NCBI GenBank assembly: GCA_937864465.1
Contig: CALMJU010000044.1
Location: forward strand, 935 to 64,934
Reading direction: 5' to 3'
Length of the DNA stretch: 64,000 bases
DNA from: an uncultured Acidobacteriota bacterium
GTDB taxonomy: Bacteria > Acidobacteriota > Polarisedimenticolia > Polarisedimenticolales > JAIQFR01
Position numbers and translations under genes: made by a program. This document shows positions 26,400-35,544 of this stretch, piece after piece (the first letter of the stretch is position 1; each line of letters opens with the position of its first letter). The notes under the pieces were generated by a model. It saw only the letters and a program-made list of their open reading frames with translations. It was not told where the DNA came from and searched no databases.

Positions 26400-28640
26400 T
26401 CACTTCGCCGCGCCGAGCCCCTCCAGCATCTCGCGCGCGGCGGGCACGAGCTTCGGATCGGCGCCTGGCTGGGCGAGGAACTCCCGGAGCGCCTCGGCGG
26501 CTCCCGCCCGATCCCCGGAGGCGAGCCGCACTTCCGCCAGCCGGACTCGCGCGGACGGATGGTCCGGCTGCCCTGCCACCAGCCGTTCGAGGCTCCCCAC
26601 GGCGGCCTCGCGGTCTCCGAGCTTCGCGCACATGGACGCATGATCGAGAAGGGCAGCCGCGTCGCCGGGGGCGACGGCGAGGGCCCGATCGAGGGCCTGC
26701 CGGGCCTCCGCGAGCTTCCCCTCCCGAGCCCGGAGCCACCCGAGCTGCTTCCAGGCCTCCGCCAGGATCCTCGGATCCGCTCCGGCCGCCCTCGCCAGGT
26801 CGCGCTCCGCCCCCGCCGCGTCCCCCCCCGCGATCCGGGCCAGGCCGAGGGCCGCCCACGCGGGGGGCTCGTCGTACCCGAGACGGATCGCCTCGGCGTA
26901 TTCCCGGATCGCCGCCTGCGGATCGCGGAGGGCGTACAGCGCCTTGCCGAGACCGTAATGGGCGTCCGCCGCGGACGGACGGATGGCGATCGCGGCCCTG
27001 TAGGCCCGGGCCGACTCCTCGAGACGGCCGGCGTTGCGGAGCTGGGCCGCGGCGTTCCTCTGGATCTCGTAGACCCCCGGCGCCGCTTGGGCCGCCGCCT
27101 GCAGACGCCGCAGCCCCCCCGGCACGTCCCCCTCCTCGACCAGGAGCGCGCCGAGACTCGACAGCGCCAGCGGATTGCGCGGGTCCTCCGCCAGCAGCCT
27201 CTCCAGCTTCTCCCGGGCCTCGTCGTTGCGGCCGCGCGCGACGAGGGACCGCGCCTCGAAGAACAGATCGTGCAGAGCGACCCGGCGCTTCGAATCCGGC
27301 AGCGGGCCGTCCCCCGTCGCGGGCGGCGCCCCGCCGGCCACGTAGCCTAGGCTCTCGAGCATCCTGCGACGCTCGTCGCTCACCGGCTGCCGGGCGGAGG
27401 GGTCGGCCTCCCCCATCCCGGCGAGGAGCGCGGCGAGCTTCTCCCGGAAGGCCGCGACGTCGCCGGCTCGCGCGGAGGCGAGGTTCCGCGTCTCGCCGGG
27501 GTCGGCCCGGAGGTCGTAGATCTCCGGCTCGGGCGCATCGACGAACTCGAGGCTCCCCTCGCGGAGCGAGCGCAGGGCCGCCCAGCCGTACGACCGCTCC
27601 CCGTACAGCGATTCGGAGTAGGCCGGCGCCGGAGCGGGGGCGCTCCGGGAGCCCGTGAGCGCCGCGGCGAAGCTCCTCCCCTGCGCTCTCCGCATCGGAG
27701 GCATGCCGAGCAGATCGAGGATCGTCGGAGCCAGATCGACCTGCGAAACGGGCTCCCGCCAGCGAACGGGAGCCCGGACCCGGTCGGGAAATCGGAGGAT
27801 CAGAGGCACCCGGATCGTCGCGTCGTACACGAGGAGGCCGTGCGTCCTCTCGCCGTGATCGCCGAGCGCCTCCCCGTGGTCTCCCACGGCGACGACCAGG
27901 GTCTCGCGCAAACGGCCCCGTCCGGCCATCCCGTCGAGCAGCCGTCCGATCTCCGCGTCCATGAACGCGATCTCCCCGTCGTAGGGCCGCCCGGCGAAAC
28001 GGTGCGACCAGGGCGGGGGCGGCCGGTACTCGACGTGCGGATCGAAGTAGTGAACCCACAGGAAGAACGGCCCGGATGGAGCTCGATCGAGCGCCGCCAG
28101 CGCCGCGTCGGTCACCTCGGAGGCGGTGCGCTCCGCCTCCGCCGCGTAGAGCACCCCGGCCGCGGCCCGGGCCGCCGAGGCCGGGGCGGCGCGCGGCTCG
28201 TCGTAGGTCCGGAATCCCTGGGCGAGCCCCTGCGACGACGAGAGCACGGCCGAGCCCACGACGGCGATCGTCGCGTAGCCCCGGCTCCCCAGATGCTCGG
28301 CCAGGGTCGTTTCCCGGTCGGGGAGGCGGAAATCGCCGTTGTCTCGGACCCCGTGTCTCGGCGGATAGAGCCCGGTCAGGATCGACGCGTGGGCCGGGAG
28401 CGTCAGCGGGGCCACGGCGGCCGCGGCCTCGAGAACGGCTCCTTCGGAGGCCAGCCGGTCGAGCCGCGGCGTTTCCCCCCGATCGTACCCGTAGCATCCC
28501 AGCCGGTCCGCTCTCGTCGTGTCGAGCGTGATGAGGAGAAGGCTCGGGGAACGCCCGGCGGCCGGAGCTCCCGCGGACCGGCCTCCCGCCGTCCCGGCCA
28601 GCACCGCGATCGCGAGCGCGGCGGCCGAGCGTCGGATCAC
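26400..28640 (-). CDS. alkaline-phosphatase-superfamily 'sulfatase-like' domain fused to C-terminal TPR repeats
   Basis: Inner GTG at 28640 (GTGA overlap with the upstream stop) within ORF 26400..30233. Signal-like N-terminus, then LLLITLDTTRADRLGCYGY...APLTLPAHASILTGLYPPRHGVRDN...GDHGE...THG. The C-terminal half consists of TPR units (A..Y..A....P....A...LG). Confidence 0.8.
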   Translation of the reverse strand: MIRRSAAALAIAVLAGTAGGRSAGAPAAGRSPSLLLITLDTTRADRLGCYGYDRGETPRLDRLASEGAVLEAAAAVAPLTLPAHASILTGLYPPRHGVRDNGDFRLPDRETTLAEHLGSRGYATIAVVGSAVLSSSQGLAQGFRTYDEPRAAPASAARAAAGVLYAAEAERTASEVTDAALAALDRAPSGPFFLWVHYFDPHVEYRPPPPWSHRFAGRPYDGEIAFMDAEIGRLLDGMAGRGRLRETLVVAVGDHGEALGDHGERTHGLLVYDATIRVPLILRFPDRVRAPVRWREPVSQVDLAPTILDLLGMPPMRRAQGRSFAAALTGSRSAPAPAPAYSESLYGERSYGWAALRSLREGSLEFVDAPEPEIYDLRADPGETRNLASARAGDVAAFREKLAALLAGMGEADPSARQPVSDERRRMLESLGYVAGGAPPATGDGPLPDSKRRVALHDLFFEARSLVARGRNDEAREKLERLLAEDPRNPLALSSLGALLVEEGDVPGGLRRLQAAAQAAPGVYEIQRNAAAQLRNAGRLEESARAYRAAIAIRPSAADAHYGLGKALYALRDPQAAIREYAEAIRLGYDEPPAWAALGLARIAGGDAAGAERDLARAAGADPRILAEAWKQLGWLRAREGKLAEARQALDRALAVAPGDAAALLDHASMCAKLGDREAAVGSLERLVAGQPDHPSARVRLAEVRLASGDRAGAAEALREFLAQPGADPKLVPAAREMLEGLGAAK

Positions 28641-30898
28641 GGCGCCGTCCCCCCGAGCTTCTCCCGCGCCTCCGCTACGAGCCTCGGGTCCGCGCCGGGC
28701 TGCGCGACGAACTCCCGCAGGAGCGCCCGCGCCCTCTCCGCGTCCCCCGAGCTCTCGAGGATGCTCGCCAGGAGGAACCGCGCGGCCGGATGGGACGCCT
28801 CCCCGGCCAGGAGCCTCTCGCCGCTCGCGCGCGCGGCCGCGAGATCGCCCAGCCGGAGGCACGCCTTCGCGTGGTTGAAAAGCAGCCCCGCGTCGCCGGG
28901 ACGTGCCTCGAGGCCGCCTTCGTATGCGGCCCTCGCCTCCGCGAGACGGCCTCGCTTCTCCTCGAGCACACCGAGGCGGTTCCACGCCTCGAAGAATCCG
29001 GGGTCCGCCGCGACGGCCTCGCGGAGCGACGCCAGGGCGGCCTCCGCGTCGCCGCCCCTCTCGTACGCGACGCCGAGGGCCGCGAGGGCCGGCGCCCAGC
29101 CGGGATCGAGCCTCAGGGCCTCCCGGTACGAGGCGATCGCACCCGGATCGTCGCGCTTCGCGAACAGGACGTTGCCGAGCGCGAAGCGCGCCTCTGCGGA
29201 CTCCGGCTGGATCCCGAGGGCCGCGCGCCACGCCTCCGCAGCCTCGTCGAGACGGCCCGCGGTGTGGTACGCGTCGGCCAGGTTCCGGACGTTCTCGTAG
29301 ACGCCGGGGGCGGCGCGCACCGCCCGCTCGAGGCGAGCGATCCCCTCCTCCCGGCGCCCGAGCGAGAACCGGATCGCTCCGTCGAGCGCGAGCGCCGCGG
29401 GGTTCCCGGGATCGGCCGCGAGCACCCGGCGCAGCATCTTCTCCGCCTCCTCGAGGCGGCCGAGCGACAGCAGTCGCCTCGCGTCGAGGTACGCATCCGC
29501 CGCCGCCATGAGGCGATTGGGGTTCGGCCGGTCGCGCCTCCCGGCCGCCGGGCCGCCCGCCGAGACGTAGCCGAGGCTCTCGAGGAGGGCCCGGCGATCC
29601 GCGTCCATCCCCGCGGGGGACCCGTACGTTTCGGGGCCGATCTCCGCGATGAGATCCCGAAGCCTTTCCCTCCGCTCGCGCACCTCGCCGGCGGAGGCCG
29701 GGGCGAGGTCGTGCTTCTCGGCAGGATCCTCCGCGAGGTCGTAGAGCTCCGGCTCCGGGGCGTCCAGGAGCTTGACCGTCCCCTCGCGCAGCGCGAGGAG
29801 CCGCGCCCAGCCGAAGGCGTGCTCGCCGTAAAGGGATTCCGAGTACAGCGGCCCCCGCGGCCGAAGTTCCCCCCCTCGGGCCCCCGCGGCGAAGCTCCGG
29901 CCCTGGGCCCCATCCATCGGTGGAAACCCGAGGAGATCGAGGATCGTCGGGGCCAGGTCGACCCCGGAGGCCGGCTCCCTCACGCGCGTGCCCGGGGGGA
30001 TCCGTCCCGGCCAGCGCAGGAGAAGGGGGACGCGGAGGGTCGCGTCGTAGAGCAGCACCCCGTGCGTGGTCTCGCCGTGCTCTCCGAGCCCCTCCCCATG
30101 GTCGGCGACGACCGCCACGAGCATGTCGGACGACCGCCCCCGCGCCTCCAGCCGATCGAGAAGCCTGCCGATCTCCGCGTCGGTGTAGGCGATCTCCCCG
30201 TCGTACGGACGGGACGCGAACCGCTCGCTCCACGGCTGCGGGGGATCGTAGTCGCTGTGGGGGTCGAAGTAATGCACCCAGAGGAAGAACGGCCGGTCGC
30301 CGGACCGCTCGACCGCGCGGAGCGCGGCGTCCGTGACCTCGGCCGCGCGCCGCTCCCCGATCCGGCGAAACGCGAACTTCACGCCCCGCGGAACCGGCAT
30401 GGGACGGGCGCTGGGCTCGTCATACACGTCGAAGCCCCGGTCCAGGCCCTGGGACGAGGCCAGGACGAGCGATCCGACGGCGGCGGCCGTGAAGTACCCC
30501 CGCTCCCGGAAGCGCTCCGCGAGCGTCACCCCGGATGCCCCCAGCCGGAAGTCGGCGTTGTCCCGCACTCCGTGACGCGGCGGGTACAGCCCCGTCAGGA
30601 TCGAGGTGTGGGAGGGCAGAGTGAGCGGCGCGACGGCGATCGCCTGATCCATCCGCAACCCCTCGGCCGCGATGCGGTCGAGGAACGGCGTCGTCCCGCC
30701 CGTGTATCCGTAGCAGCCCAGGCGATCGGCGCGCACGGTGTCGAGCGTCACGAGCAGGACGTCGGGAGGCCGGGCGGCTCGTTCGCCGCCGCCGCAGGCC
30801 GCCAGGAACGCGGCGCACGCCACCGCGGCCGCCGGGCCGGCGAAACGCCCCCCCCTCGATGCCGCGCAACCCGGGGAGGCACTGGTCCGCCGAAGCAT
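28637..30898 (-). CDS. paralogous sulfatase-like + TPR lipoprotein
   Basis: Inner ATG at 30898 within ORF 28637..31933. Lipobox FLAAC. LLVTLDTVRADRLGCYGY...APLTLPSHTSILTGLYPPRHGVRDN...ADHGE. Same architecture as the downstream paralogue. Confidence 0.8.
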   Translation of the reverse strand: MLRRTSASPGCAASRGGRFAGPAAAVACAAFLAACGGGERAARPPDVLLVTLDTVRADRLGCYGYTGGTTPFLDRIAAEGLRMDQAIAVAPLTLPSHTSILTGLYPPRHGVRDNADFRLGASGVTLAERFRERGYFTAAAVGSLVLASSQGLDRGFDVYDEPSARPMPVPRGVKFAFRRIGERRAAEVTDAALRAVERSGDRPFFLWVHYFDPHSDYDPPQPWSERFASRPYDGEIAYTDAEIGRLLDRLEARGRSSDMLVAVVADHGEGLGEHGETTHGVLLYDATLRVPLLLRWPGRIPPGTRVREPASGVDLAPTILDLLGFPPMDGAQGRSFAAGARGGELRPRGPLYSESLYGEHAFGWARLLALREGTVKLLDAPEPELYDLAEDPAEKHDLAPASAGEVRERRERLRDLIAEIGPETYGSPAGMDADRRALLESLGYVSAGGPAAGRRDRPNPNRLMAAADAYLDARRLLSLGRLEEAEKMLRRVLAADPGNPAALALDGAIRFSLGRREEGIARLERAVRAAPGVYENVRNLADAYHTAGRLDEAAEAWRAALGIQPESAEARFALGNVLFAKRDDPGAIASYREALRLDPGWAPALAALGVAYERGGDAEAALASLREAVAADPGFFEAWNRLGVLEEKRGRLAEARAAYEGGLEARPGDAGLLFNHAKACLRLGDLAAARASGERLLAGEASHPAARFLLASILESSGDAERARALLREFVAQPGADPRLVAEAREKLGGTAP

Positions 30899-30958
30899 GG
30901 CCCCCAGGATAGGGCGAAAGCAGCCGCCCGGCCAACATCGCCGGCCTATACTTTCGGG

Positions 30959-31768
30959 GTGGCGAGTCACGAGGAAGGTCCCGCGGCCGGGCGGCCCCTC
31001 GACGCCGAGCGCGGGCGCAGGGCGAGCGCGGCCGAGCTCCGGGAGCGTCTCCCCCAGGCGCCCCCGGCCTACCTCGAGGGGGCGTGGGAGAATCCGGAGC
31101 TCGGGAAGGAGGCGCTCGCGCTCCTGCTCCGAAACCGGGCCGCCCCCGCGGCGCTCCTCTCCCGGGTCGCGGGCGACCGACGATTCGCGATGCTCCAAGA
31201 GGTCCGGCTCGCCCTCGTCGTCCACCCTCGGACCCCGCAGCCGCTCGCGCAGTCTCTCGCCTCGCACCTGAGGTGGAAAGAGCTCTGCGAAGTGGCGGAC
31301 GACGTCCGGGTCCCCCCGCCGGTCCGCCGCAAGGCGGAGGATCTGCTCCGCGTCCGGCTCGAGGAGCTGGCCGTCGGCGAGCGGATCGCCCTCGCGCGCC
31401 GGGCGAGCCGCGGCGTGATCGCCGCGCTCCGCCAGGACCCCGACGGCCGTGTCCTCGAGGCCCTCCTGGGGAACCCGAAGCTCCTCGAGGCGGAGGCCGC
31501 GGCCCTCGCTCGGTCCGGCTCCACCCCTCCCGCCGCGCTCGCGGCCCTCTCGGGCCACCCGAGGTGGGGCGGCCGCCGCGCCGTGCGTCTCGCCCTCGCG
31601 CGGAACGCGAGGACGCCCGTGCGCTCGGCGCTCAGGGCTCTCGAGGGCCTCTCGCGGTCCGACCTCCTGCGGCTCGTCCGGGACGACGAGGCTCCGCGAA
31701 TCGTGCGGGTCGTCGCGGAGAGGACCCTCGGCGCCGGAGCTCCGGGCGATCGGACTCCCGAAGGTTGA
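30959..31768 (+). CDS. helical-repeat (HEAT/LRV-like) hypothetical protein
   Basis: 3' part of ORF 28790..31768. The first in-frame start after the divergent gene is GTG 30959. GC3-rich codons. Repeating ...LL.NP.(T/L)P......L... units (ALLGNPKLLEAEAAAL, LALARNARTPVRSAL). Confidence 0.5.
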   Translation: MASHEEGPAAGRPLDAERGRRASAAELRERLPQAPPAYLEGAWENPELGKEALALLLRNRAAPAALLSRVAGDRRFAMLQEVRLALVVHPRTPQPLAQSLASHLRWKELCEVADDVRVPPPVRRKAEDLLRVRLEELAVGERIALARRASRGVIAALRQDPDGRVLEALLGNPKLLEAEAAALARSGSTPPAALAALSGHPRWGGRRAVRLALARNARTPVRSALRALEGLSRSDLLRLVRDDEAPRIVRVVAERTLGAGAPGDRTPEG

Positions 31769-31847
31769 CAGCCACTTTCGGCGGTCCCTAGAATCTTCCT
31801 TCGGCCGATGGTTTCCCGCTCGGGTCCGGCCCACCCGGGGGGCCCGT

Positions 31848-32597
31848 ATGTCTTCCTTCGGAGAGAGTCTCAAGCGCGAGCGCGAGTTGCGCCAGATTCC
31901 GCTCCGCGAGATCGCGGAGGCGACGAAGATCAACCTGCGCTACCTCGAGGCGCTGGAGCGGAACGACTTCCGCCATCTTCCGGGAGGGGTGTTCAACAAG
32001 GGGTTCGTCCGGGCCTACGCGCAGCACATCGGGATCGACCCCGAGGCGATGGTGGACGCTTATCTCGAGGAGATCCGCGAGCAGGAGATGCGAGGCCAGG
32101 CCCGGGAGCGCGAGCGCCGGGTCGCGGCCCGCTCCTCGGCCCCCGCGCAGGGCGAGCAGACGGAAGGCGGCGGCTCGAGGCCGGCCGGCCGCCGGGCCCT
32201 CGCGGGGATCGCCGTGATCGCGATCCTGGCGCTCCTCGGCGCCGCGGGGTGGGCAGGCTGGCGCTTCGTTCGGAAGCCGAGACCGGCGGAGGGCGCGGCG
32301 GAGACGCCGGCGGCCCGGCCGGCCGTGGTCCGGATCGTCGTCGACGCTCCGGTGGACGGCACGATCTCGTGCGACGGCGAAGCGATCGTGTCCCTCCGCG
32401 ATCTCGAGATCGGCGTCCCGCGCGACGTCTCGTGCCGCGGGGCGCTCGTCCTCCGCGCGACGGACGGTGGCGCCGTTCGCGTCGGCGCCGGGGGAGCCGA
32501 GCCGGCTCCCGCGGGCGCCGCCGGCGTCCCACTCTCCGGGCTCTCGCTCCAGGCGGCGCCGGAGACGCCGGGACGCAGTCCGGGTGCGCGGCCTTGA
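31848..32597 (+). CDS. RodZ-like HTH (XRE-type) protein with a single TM helix
   Basis: MSSFGESLKRERELRQIPLREIAEATKINLRYLEALERNDFRHLPGGVFNKGFVRAYAQHIGIDPE is the RodZ/HTH_25 N-terminal pattern. TM helix LAGIAVIAILALLGAAGWAGW. Confidence 0.75.
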   Translation: MSSFGESLKRERELRQIPLREIAEATKINLRYLEALERNDFRHLPGGVFNKGFVRAYAQHIGIDPEAMVDAYLEEIREQEMRGQARERERRVAARSSAPAQGEQTEGGGSRPAGRRALAGIAVIAILALLGAAGWAGWRFVRKPRPAEGAAETPAARPAVVRIVVDAPVDGTISCDGEAIVSLRDLEIGVPRDVSCRGALVLRATDGGAVRVGAGGAEPAPAGAAGVPLSGLSLQAAPETPGRSPGARP

Positions 32598-33712
32598 GCG
32601 AGCCCTCGCCGACGGAGGCGCTCGTCCGGAGGATCCTGGACGGCAACGCGCCCGCGGCGCTCCGCGCGGCGGCGGCGAAAGGGGCCCTGCCGCTCTCCCG
32701 CCACGTCCTCGCCAGGCTCCAGCTGTTCCTGCGGGAGGACCCCGACGAATCGGTGCGCCGCGACGCCGAGCAGAGCCTCGCCGCGATCCCGAAGGACGCG
32801 CTGCGCGAGATCCTGGCGGACCCGGGCAGCGCTCCGGAGCTGCTCCTCCATTTTGCGGCCGTCGCCGCGCGCGACGAGGGGATCGCGGAGGCGATCGCGT
32901 TCCACCCCGCGACTCCGGATGCGGCGATCGAGATCCTCGCAGCGCAGGGCGGCGCCTCGGTCCTCGATCTGATCCTCACCAACCAGGAGCGCCTCCTCCG
33001 CTCCCCCACCCTTCTCGACCGGATGTCCGAGAACCCGGCCCTGCGCCCCGAGCAGCGAGGCCGGATCGTCGACCTGCTCGCCCGCTTCTTCGACGCGACG
33101 AAGAAGGAAGAGGGGCGCCCCCGGCGCGACGCAGCAGCCCCCGAGATGTCCGTGGACGATCTCGTGGACCCGCAGGTCGCGGCGCGCATCCTGGAGGTGG
33201 ACGTCGGCGAGCTGTTCGCCGCGAGCGAGATCCTCGGCGGCGAGGAGTTCGAGAGCGCCCCGGATCCGGCGATGCGGAGCGTCTACCGGAAGATCCTGAC
33301 CCTCTCGACGGCGCAGAAAGCGCTCCTCGCGCTCAAGGGAGGCCGGGAGGAGCGCACGATCCTCATCCGGGACACGAACAAGGTCGTGGCGCTCTCCGTG
33401 CTCAAGAACCCCCGCCTGAACGAGCAGGAGGTCGAGTCCATGGCGGCGATGCGCAACGTCTCCGACGAGGTCCTCCGCGCCATCGGCTCGAACCGCGAGT
33501 GGTCGAAGACCTACCAGGTCGCCGCGGCTCTCGTCCGCAATCCGAGGACCCCGCCCGGCATCTCCACGAACTTCATCCCGCGCATGACCGACCGCGACCT
33601 GAAGTTCCTGGCGAAGGACAAGAACGTGCCGGAGATCGTCCGCCGCAACGCCAAGCGGATCCACGAGCAGAGGAACGCGAAGTCCGCGCACGGAACGATC
33701 AGGAAGGGCTAG
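32594..33712 (+). CDS. helical-repeat hypothetical protein (related repeat type to 30959..31768)
   Basis: 3' part of ORF 31808..33712. The in-frame TTG at 32594 overlaps the upstream TGA (TTGA). Repeats such as VLKNPRLNEQEVESMA and ALVRNPRTPPGISTNF. The TTG start is an inference. Confidence 0.6.
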   Translation: MSEPSPTEALVRRILDGNAPAALRAAAAKGALPLSRHVLARLQLFLREDPDESVRRDAEQSLAAIPKDALREILADPGSAPELLLHFAAVAARDEGIAEAIAFHPATPDAAIEILAAQGGASVLDLILTNQERLLRSPTLLDRMSENPALRPEQRGRIVDLLARFFDATKKEEGRPRRDAAAPEMSVDDLVDPQVAARILEVDVGELFAASEILGGEEFESAPDPAMRSVYRKILTLSTAQKALLALKGGREERTILIRDTNKVVALSVLKNPRLNEQEVESMAAMRNVSDEVLRAIGSNREWSKTYQVAAALVRNPRTPPGISTNFIPRMTDRDLKFLAKDKNVPEIVRRNAKRIHEQRNAKSAHGTIRKG

Positions 33713-33730
33713 CCTCCGGGAGACCGCCCG

Positions 33731-34702
33731 ATGCGACTGCTGCGAGAGATCCTGAACCTCACGGGGAACTACCACGTGAAGTCCGGGATCTACCACTACT
33801 ACCGCAACGAGTACAAGCAGGCGGTGGACTTCTTCCGCAAGGCTCTCAAGGACGAGCCGAGCCTGGCCGACGGCGATCGCCGGCTCGCCCGCTACTACCT
33901 CGCCGAGACGTTTCTCAGCTCGGCGGAGCGCCTGGAGCAGAAGGGGGACATCGAGGCGGCGGAGCGCGACTACGCCCGCGCCGCGGAGGTCAGCCCGGAT
34001 TACCCCGACATCCGCTTCCAGCACGGCCGCGTCCTCGAGCGGCTCGACCGGACCGACGAGGCGATCGAGGAGTACCGAGCCGCCCTCGCCTCCCAGCAGG
34101 GGTTCATCGAAGCCCGCGTCGCGATGGGCTTCGCCCTCGTGGCGGCCGGAAGGGAGGAGGAGGCCGCCGAGGCGTTCGCGCGGGCCCTCGACATCAAGGT
34201 GCGGCAGATCCGGGACCCGTTCGAGAAGGGGATGCGGCGCCTCCAGGAGGGGATGGCCGACGAGGCCCGGGAGTACCTCCGCGAGGCGTTCTACGCCGCG
34301 CCGGACCGGTTCGACCATCACTTCCGGAGCGCGATCCGCTTCATCAAGGCCGGCAATCACGAGCGGGCGGTCGAGCACCTCGACGAGGCGCTCGGGATCA
34401 ACCCGAAATACGCCGACCTCCACAACTACCGGGGGATCTCGCTGTGCGAGCTCGGCCGCGTCGACGAGGCGGTCGGCGCCTTCCGGCGGTCGGCCGCGCT
34501 CAACCCCGACTACGTCGAGGCCCGGCTCAACCTGGCCTTCGCGCAGATCCGCCTCGGCCAGTTCAAGGAGGCCGAGGCGCAGCTGGAGGCGGTGCTGGCG
34601 CTCGATCCGGCCCAGACCGCCGCGGCGGTCAAGCTCGAGGAGCTGAGGACCGGCCGGGCGGCCGAGGCGCGGCGCGCGGCGTCGCGCGGGGGCGCGCGAT
34701 GA
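33731..34702 (+). CDS. TPR-repeat protein
   Basis: Multiple 34-aa TPR units (A..F..AL...P.Y.DA....G..L). Intact ORF with an ATG start. Confidence 0.8.
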   Translation: MRLLREILNLTGNYHVKSGIYHYYRNEYKQAVDFFRKALKDEPSLADGDRRLARYYLAETFLSSAERLEQKGDIEAAERDYARAAEVSPDYPDIRFQHGRVLERLDRTDEAIEEYRAALASQQGFIEARVAMGFALVAAGREEEAAEAFARALDIKVRQIRDPFEKGMRRLQEGMADEAREYLREAFYAAPDRFDHHFRSAIRFIKAGNHERAVEHLDEALGINPKYADLHNYRGISLCELGRVDEAVGAFRRSAALNPDYVEARLNLAFAQIRLGQFKEAEAQLEAVLALDPAQTAAAVKLEELRTGRAAEARRAASRGGAR

Positions 34703-35460
34703 GGTGGCGCGCCTGGGGCGTCACCGACGTGGGCCGGCGCCGCGACAAGAACGAGGACGCCCTGCTCGTCGCCCCGGCCCTCGGGGCGTATGCCGTCGCC
34801 GACGGAATGGGCGGCCACGCCGCAGGCGAGGTCGCCTCCGGCCTCGCGATCGAGGCGCTCCGGGAGGCCCTGGAGACGAACGGCTCTCCAGAGCCCGAGG
34901 ACGAGGGCGTCGTGCTGCGACGGCTCGAGTCGGCGGTTCACGAGGCGAACCGCCGGATCTGGGAGTCGATCGAGCGGCACGAGGACCGCCGCGGCATGGG
35001 CACGACGCTCGTCGCGATGCTCGTGCTCGGCAGCCGGGCCGTTCTCGCGCACGTCGGGGACAGCCGGGCATACGTCCTGCGCTCCGGCGGGCTGGCGCGC
35101 CTGACGAGCGACCACTCGTGGGTGGCCGAGCAGGTGAAGCTGGGCCTCCTGAGCGACGACGACGCCCGGCGCCATCCGATGCGCAACATCGTCACCCGCG
35201 CGCTCGGCAGCCGTCCCGACATCGCGATGGATACCGCCGTGCTGGGCTTCCGGGAAGGAGACGTGGTGCTCCTGTGCTCGGACGGGCTGAACTCGATGCT
35301 GACGGACGCCGAGATCGCGGAGATCCTGGGGACTCCCGGCGCCGGCCCGGAGGCGATCTGCCGCCGCCTGGTGGCGGAGGCCAACGCCCGGGGAGGGGAC
35401 GACAACATCACCGTCGTCGTCCTGCTCGCCGAGGAGCGTCCCGAGGACGCATCTTCCTGA
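34699..35460 (+). CDS. PP2C-family Ser/Thr protein phosphatase (Stp1-like)
   Basis: TDVGRRRDKNEDA, AVADGMGGHAAGEVAS, GTTLVA, VGDSRAY, LCSDGL, DDNITVVV: the complete PPM motif set. ATGA overlap with the TPR gene stop. Confidence 0.9.
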   Translation: MRWRAWGVTDVGRRRDKNEDALLVAPALGAYAVADGMGGHAAGEVASGLAIEALREALETNGSPEPEDEGVVLRRLESAVHEANRRIWESIERHEDRRGMGTTLVAMLVLGSRAVLAHVGDSRAYVLRSGGLARLTSDHSWVAEQVKLGLLSDDDARRHPMRNIVTRALGSRPDIAMDTAVLGFREGDVVLLCSDGLNSMLTDAEIAEILGTPGAGPEAICRRLVAEANARGGDDNITVVVLLAEERPEDASS

Positions 35461-35544
35461 TTCGTTTGACCGTTGCGCGGTCTCATCCTATATTCATGGT
35501 TTCGGGGTCGGTCTGCCCGACGGACGGGCCGGCCGGGAGGTCCG

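Noticed and set aside
28641-30233. A single 1277-aa ORF 26400..30233(-), and a single 1098-aa ORF 28637..31933(-).
   Set aside because: The upstream parts of both ORFs are low-complexity read-through. The real genes start at GTG 28640 and ATG 30898, where the signal peptides and sulfatase-like domains begin.
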